A DNA stretch of 18,948 nucleotides, taken from contig CAZUFC010000147.1 in the NCBI GenBank assembly GCA_964619725.1, positions 1 through 18,948 on the forward strand, given 5' to 3'. Within the stretch, counting starts at the first letter, position 1; each line of letters starts with the position of its first letter. The position numbers were made by a program, and so were the translations under genes. This document shows, piece by piece, positions 16,821 through 18,948 of this stretch. The notes under the pieces are model-generated. The model saw only the letters and a program-made list of their open reading frames with translations. It had not been told where the DNA came from and did not search any database. This stretch comes from an uncultured bacterium (GTDB lineage: Bacteria; CSSED10-310; CAZUFC01).

Positions 16821-17268
16821 TCAACCGCCGGCATTCCTGTTCTTCGCTTTGCCCCTTAGCTTTTCGTAATCCGTAAGGTCCTGTGGACGACCGCTCGCAC
16901 GCTTGTTTTTCATCAAATCCTGTTTTGAAATGAAATTTACTTTAAATGAGCCGAAATCTGCAATTTCCCGATTTTTGTAGCTTTGTTCAAAGGTTATGCC
17001 GTCTATGCCGGTGAAGATTTCCAGGCGCATAGGAGGAATCCCCATTCTTATTATCTTTCGTTCTTCCAGAAACAATTCCATCTGGAGTTCCGGAACGCTT
17101 ATTCCAAATTCTTTTAACGCCTCAACCATCTTTACGGCATTAGATTCGCTTACAGCGACCCAGATATCCATGATATCCCACGGCATAAACTCCGATCACG
17201 AGATACTTAATTTATTTTGAGTTCAACAACTGTAAGAAATCTTTGAAGTCTTTGGGAAACTCGATCAT
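16821..17268 (-). pseudogene. Nucleotidyltransferase (DUF6036-like) with premature stop and frameshift
   Basis: From ATG 17268: MIEFPKDFKDFLQLLNSK*IKYLVIGVYAVGYHGY (TAA at 17214-17212), then a frame change to MDIWVAVSESNA...MGIPPMRLEIFTGIDG...DLMKNKRASGRPQDLTD. Confidence 0.85.
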
Positions 17269-17404
17269 GATCGTACATTATCCTTCTCATAAATTCAATC
17301 GCTTCAATCCTCTCAATAGGGCTTCTTTCGATCCAATAAGAGGAATCGTCCGCATCCTTCAGATCAACGACTTCAAATTTATTTTTCATTTTCTCTTCAA
17401 TCAT
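17207..17404 (-). CDS. Small partner protein of the nucleotidyltransferase (putative TA component)
   Basis: 65 aa with YW...SP.ERIEAIE.MR...Y......RLQR.L.VV, a pattern I recall upstream of this NTase family; overlaps the NTase 5' end by 62 nt. Confidence 0.7.
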   Translation of the reverse strand: MIEEKMKNKFEVVDLKDADDSSYWIERSPIERIEAIEFMRRIMYDHDRVSQRLQRFLTVVELKIN

Positions 17405-17647
17405 TTTTCAGCGCCGGAAACGACTCATCATTGAAACAAAGCAATGAGCCGGATACTCGAAAGCCGTAAAACTTTTCATAAATTCCCGTTCCATTCCGCC
17501 AAACCGTCTCTCAAAGTAAGATTGTATATTAATTCACCTGCATTTCAAATAATCGGTATAAGGGGTAAGAGCGGAGCGCTTCGCAGAGCCTTGCGGCATC
17601 ACTATTCGGTATTTAAGCGGATAATGTCGTCTTCCCTGAAAAGCCTT

Positions 17648-17880
17648 TCACAGCCGGTTTTCGAGCGTTGTAATTAGTTGCATCAATTCATCCCCGTCCT
17701 GCTCCTGTTCATCTTTTTTCTCTTTCTGCTGTAAAGTATAAAGCGTCAGCGCTTCAACCTTTTTCAGCAAATCGTTTGTCGTCGCATCGTCATCTATTTC
17801 CAGCAATCTTACGTTCGACTGGATGTGTTCTTTCACTTACGCAAGGCTCCTCAGCTTGAAATCTTCAGACAATGAAAATT
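17648..17880 (-). pseudogene. Relic of a peptidase-S74/tail-fibre-chaperone-associated C-terminal coiled-coil region
   Basis: Reading through TAA 17839-17837 gives FSLSEDFKLRSLA*VKEHIQSNVRLLEI...DLLKKVEALTLYTLQQ, paralleling F..DY.L.SL.EVE.FI..N.HLP.I...LL.KIEELTLY.I.Q. Confidence 0.6.
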
Positions 17881-17980
17881 TACTCAAGATGAAAATTATG
17901 GTAAAAATTTCAAAGAAGGGATTTTTGATTCTCTTCGCATCTGAATCGGCGCCTGCAGCCAATCTAAAAGGCGGCTTCCT

Positions 17981-18235
17981 ATGAAGAAATCTAAGCGAAA
18001 AGAAAACGAACGAAAATTTGATCATTGGACTGAGTTGCCGGATGGGGGAAGAAGGTACTGGTATGATGTAAGAGGTCGTTTGGATTGGATAGCACGTTAC
18101 GTTAAAGAAGTCGATAGGGATGAGAGGACTGTGCGCTTCCTGCAGGAAATTTACGACGACCATGGCGAATTAGTTGAATTTCATCAGAAATATCCCGAAG
18201 ATACGGGACATAAGCGCATAGAAAAGGAGAAATGA
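17981..18235 (+). CDS. Small hypothetical protein, putative toxin of a two-gene module
   Basis: 84 aa with alternating beta-strand pattern (RRYWYDV, ARYVKEVD, VRFLQEIYD, LVEFHQKYP) and terminal TGH; overlaps the next gene. Confidence 0.75.
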   Translation: MKKSKRKENERKFDHWTELPDGGRRYWYDVRGRLDWIARYVKEVDRDERTVRFLQEIYDDHGELVEFHQKYPEDTGHKRIEKEK

Positions 18236-18498
18236 TGAAAAAGATAACGGCACGTACCGCGGCAGACATGCTGACGGCCTATTTACGCCGTGAATTATCC
18301 ATATCCGAGTTAACGGACTGGGCAGAGCAGGTTATGATGGAGGGAGAATTCGCTGAAGAAAAGTATGAGACTATCCGCGATATCGTAAGTCGTCTGGGCG
18401 TTGCTGATGTGAAAGCTTTCGGGTTGACCTGGGAAGATTGTGAAAGGTTCCTCAGAAGATTGGGTTATTCCGTCCGCATTGAGGTCTTTGCTGAATAA
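18232..18498 (+). CDS. Small hypothetical protein, putative antitoxin/immunity partner
   Basis: 88 aa, helical (LTAYLRRELSISELTDWAE..., FGLTWEDCERFLRRLGY); SD AAGGAG at 18224-18229; ATGATG overlaps the upstream stop. Confidence 0.78.
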   Translation: MMKKITARTAADMLTAYLRRELSISELTDWAEQVMMEGEFAEEKYETIRDIVSRLGVADVKAFGLTWEDCERFLRRLGYSVRIEVFAE

Positions 18499-18599
18499 TG
18501 AATTGATGAATTAAATCCGGTAGAAAGGCCGGAAGCATTAAAAAGCGGAAAAGGATCAGCCGTTCCCGCTTCCACATATCCGGTTGTATTGCCATAATA

Positions 18600-18812
18600 T
18601 AGTTAGTTTCTGTCCACAAACGGCTAATTTTCCCCAATGCTGCGTCAGGCTGCGGATTTACTCAGTCAACGTATAACAAATACGCCTCCTTCGCAAATCC
18701 TTGCCTTCCTTGCCTTTAGAAAAATTTTCTCGTTTCTGGATCATAAACTCACAGCGCTTGTCCAGCATTACGGTTCAACGAGAAAACGAGTTTATGGACA
18801 AGCACTAGTTAG
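18600..18812. mobile_element. Non-autonomous MITE-like element with imperfect terminal inverted repeats and flanking TAGTTAG direct repeat
   Basis: TAGTTAG at 18600-18606 and 18806-18812. TAGTTTCTGTCCACAAAC (18604-18621) matches the reverse complement of GTTTATGGACAAGCACTA (18790-18807) at 14/18. Long internal imperfect palindrome; no transposase. Confidence 0.7.
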
Positions 18813-18948
18813 GCTCCGGCGGCATTTCAGGCGTTGTTATAAATTAACTTCCTGTCGATACCGCTGACAGGCGCCGTGTCGCCTTGAAAAATACGGCGCT
18901 GATCAAATGGGGGTACAAATTGACGAGACACGAGAACAAATTATAGTT

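Noticed and set aside
18637-18867. 76-aa plus-strand ORF
   Set aside because: It lies mostly within the palindromic MITE-like element, with no SD or protein motif.

Overview
Bacterial chromosomal window with three parts. (1) 1-6446 is core-like. A membrane Ser/Thr kinase with TPRs (minus strand) lies divergent from an operon of a fused TIGR03960/TIGR03936-type radical SAM gene and an RNase G/E gene (rng). (2) 6371-12036 is a 5.4-kb block bounded by a 141-bp near-perfect direct repeat (138/141) that duplicates the back-to-back 3' ends of rng and a convergent FMN-binding lipoprotein gene. The block has no integrase or transposase. It encodes three predicted exported proteins (7-repeat beta-propeller with a C-terminal sorting-like tail, Thr/Pro-linker protein, beta-helix protein) and a CHAT-protease relic. 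(3) Downstream of tRNA-Pro(TGG) and tRNA-Arg(TCT) lies a decaying defence island. It holds a VapC fragment, type-6-like BREX brxE-brxA-truncated brxB, DarTG with an amber stop clipping DarT's terminal WYY, a nucleotidyltransferase TA-like pair with a broken NTase, an S74-associated coiled-coil relic, an intact unannotated two-gene TA-like module and a structured MITE flanked by TAGTTAG. Family calls come from motif recognition by eye; no searches were run.
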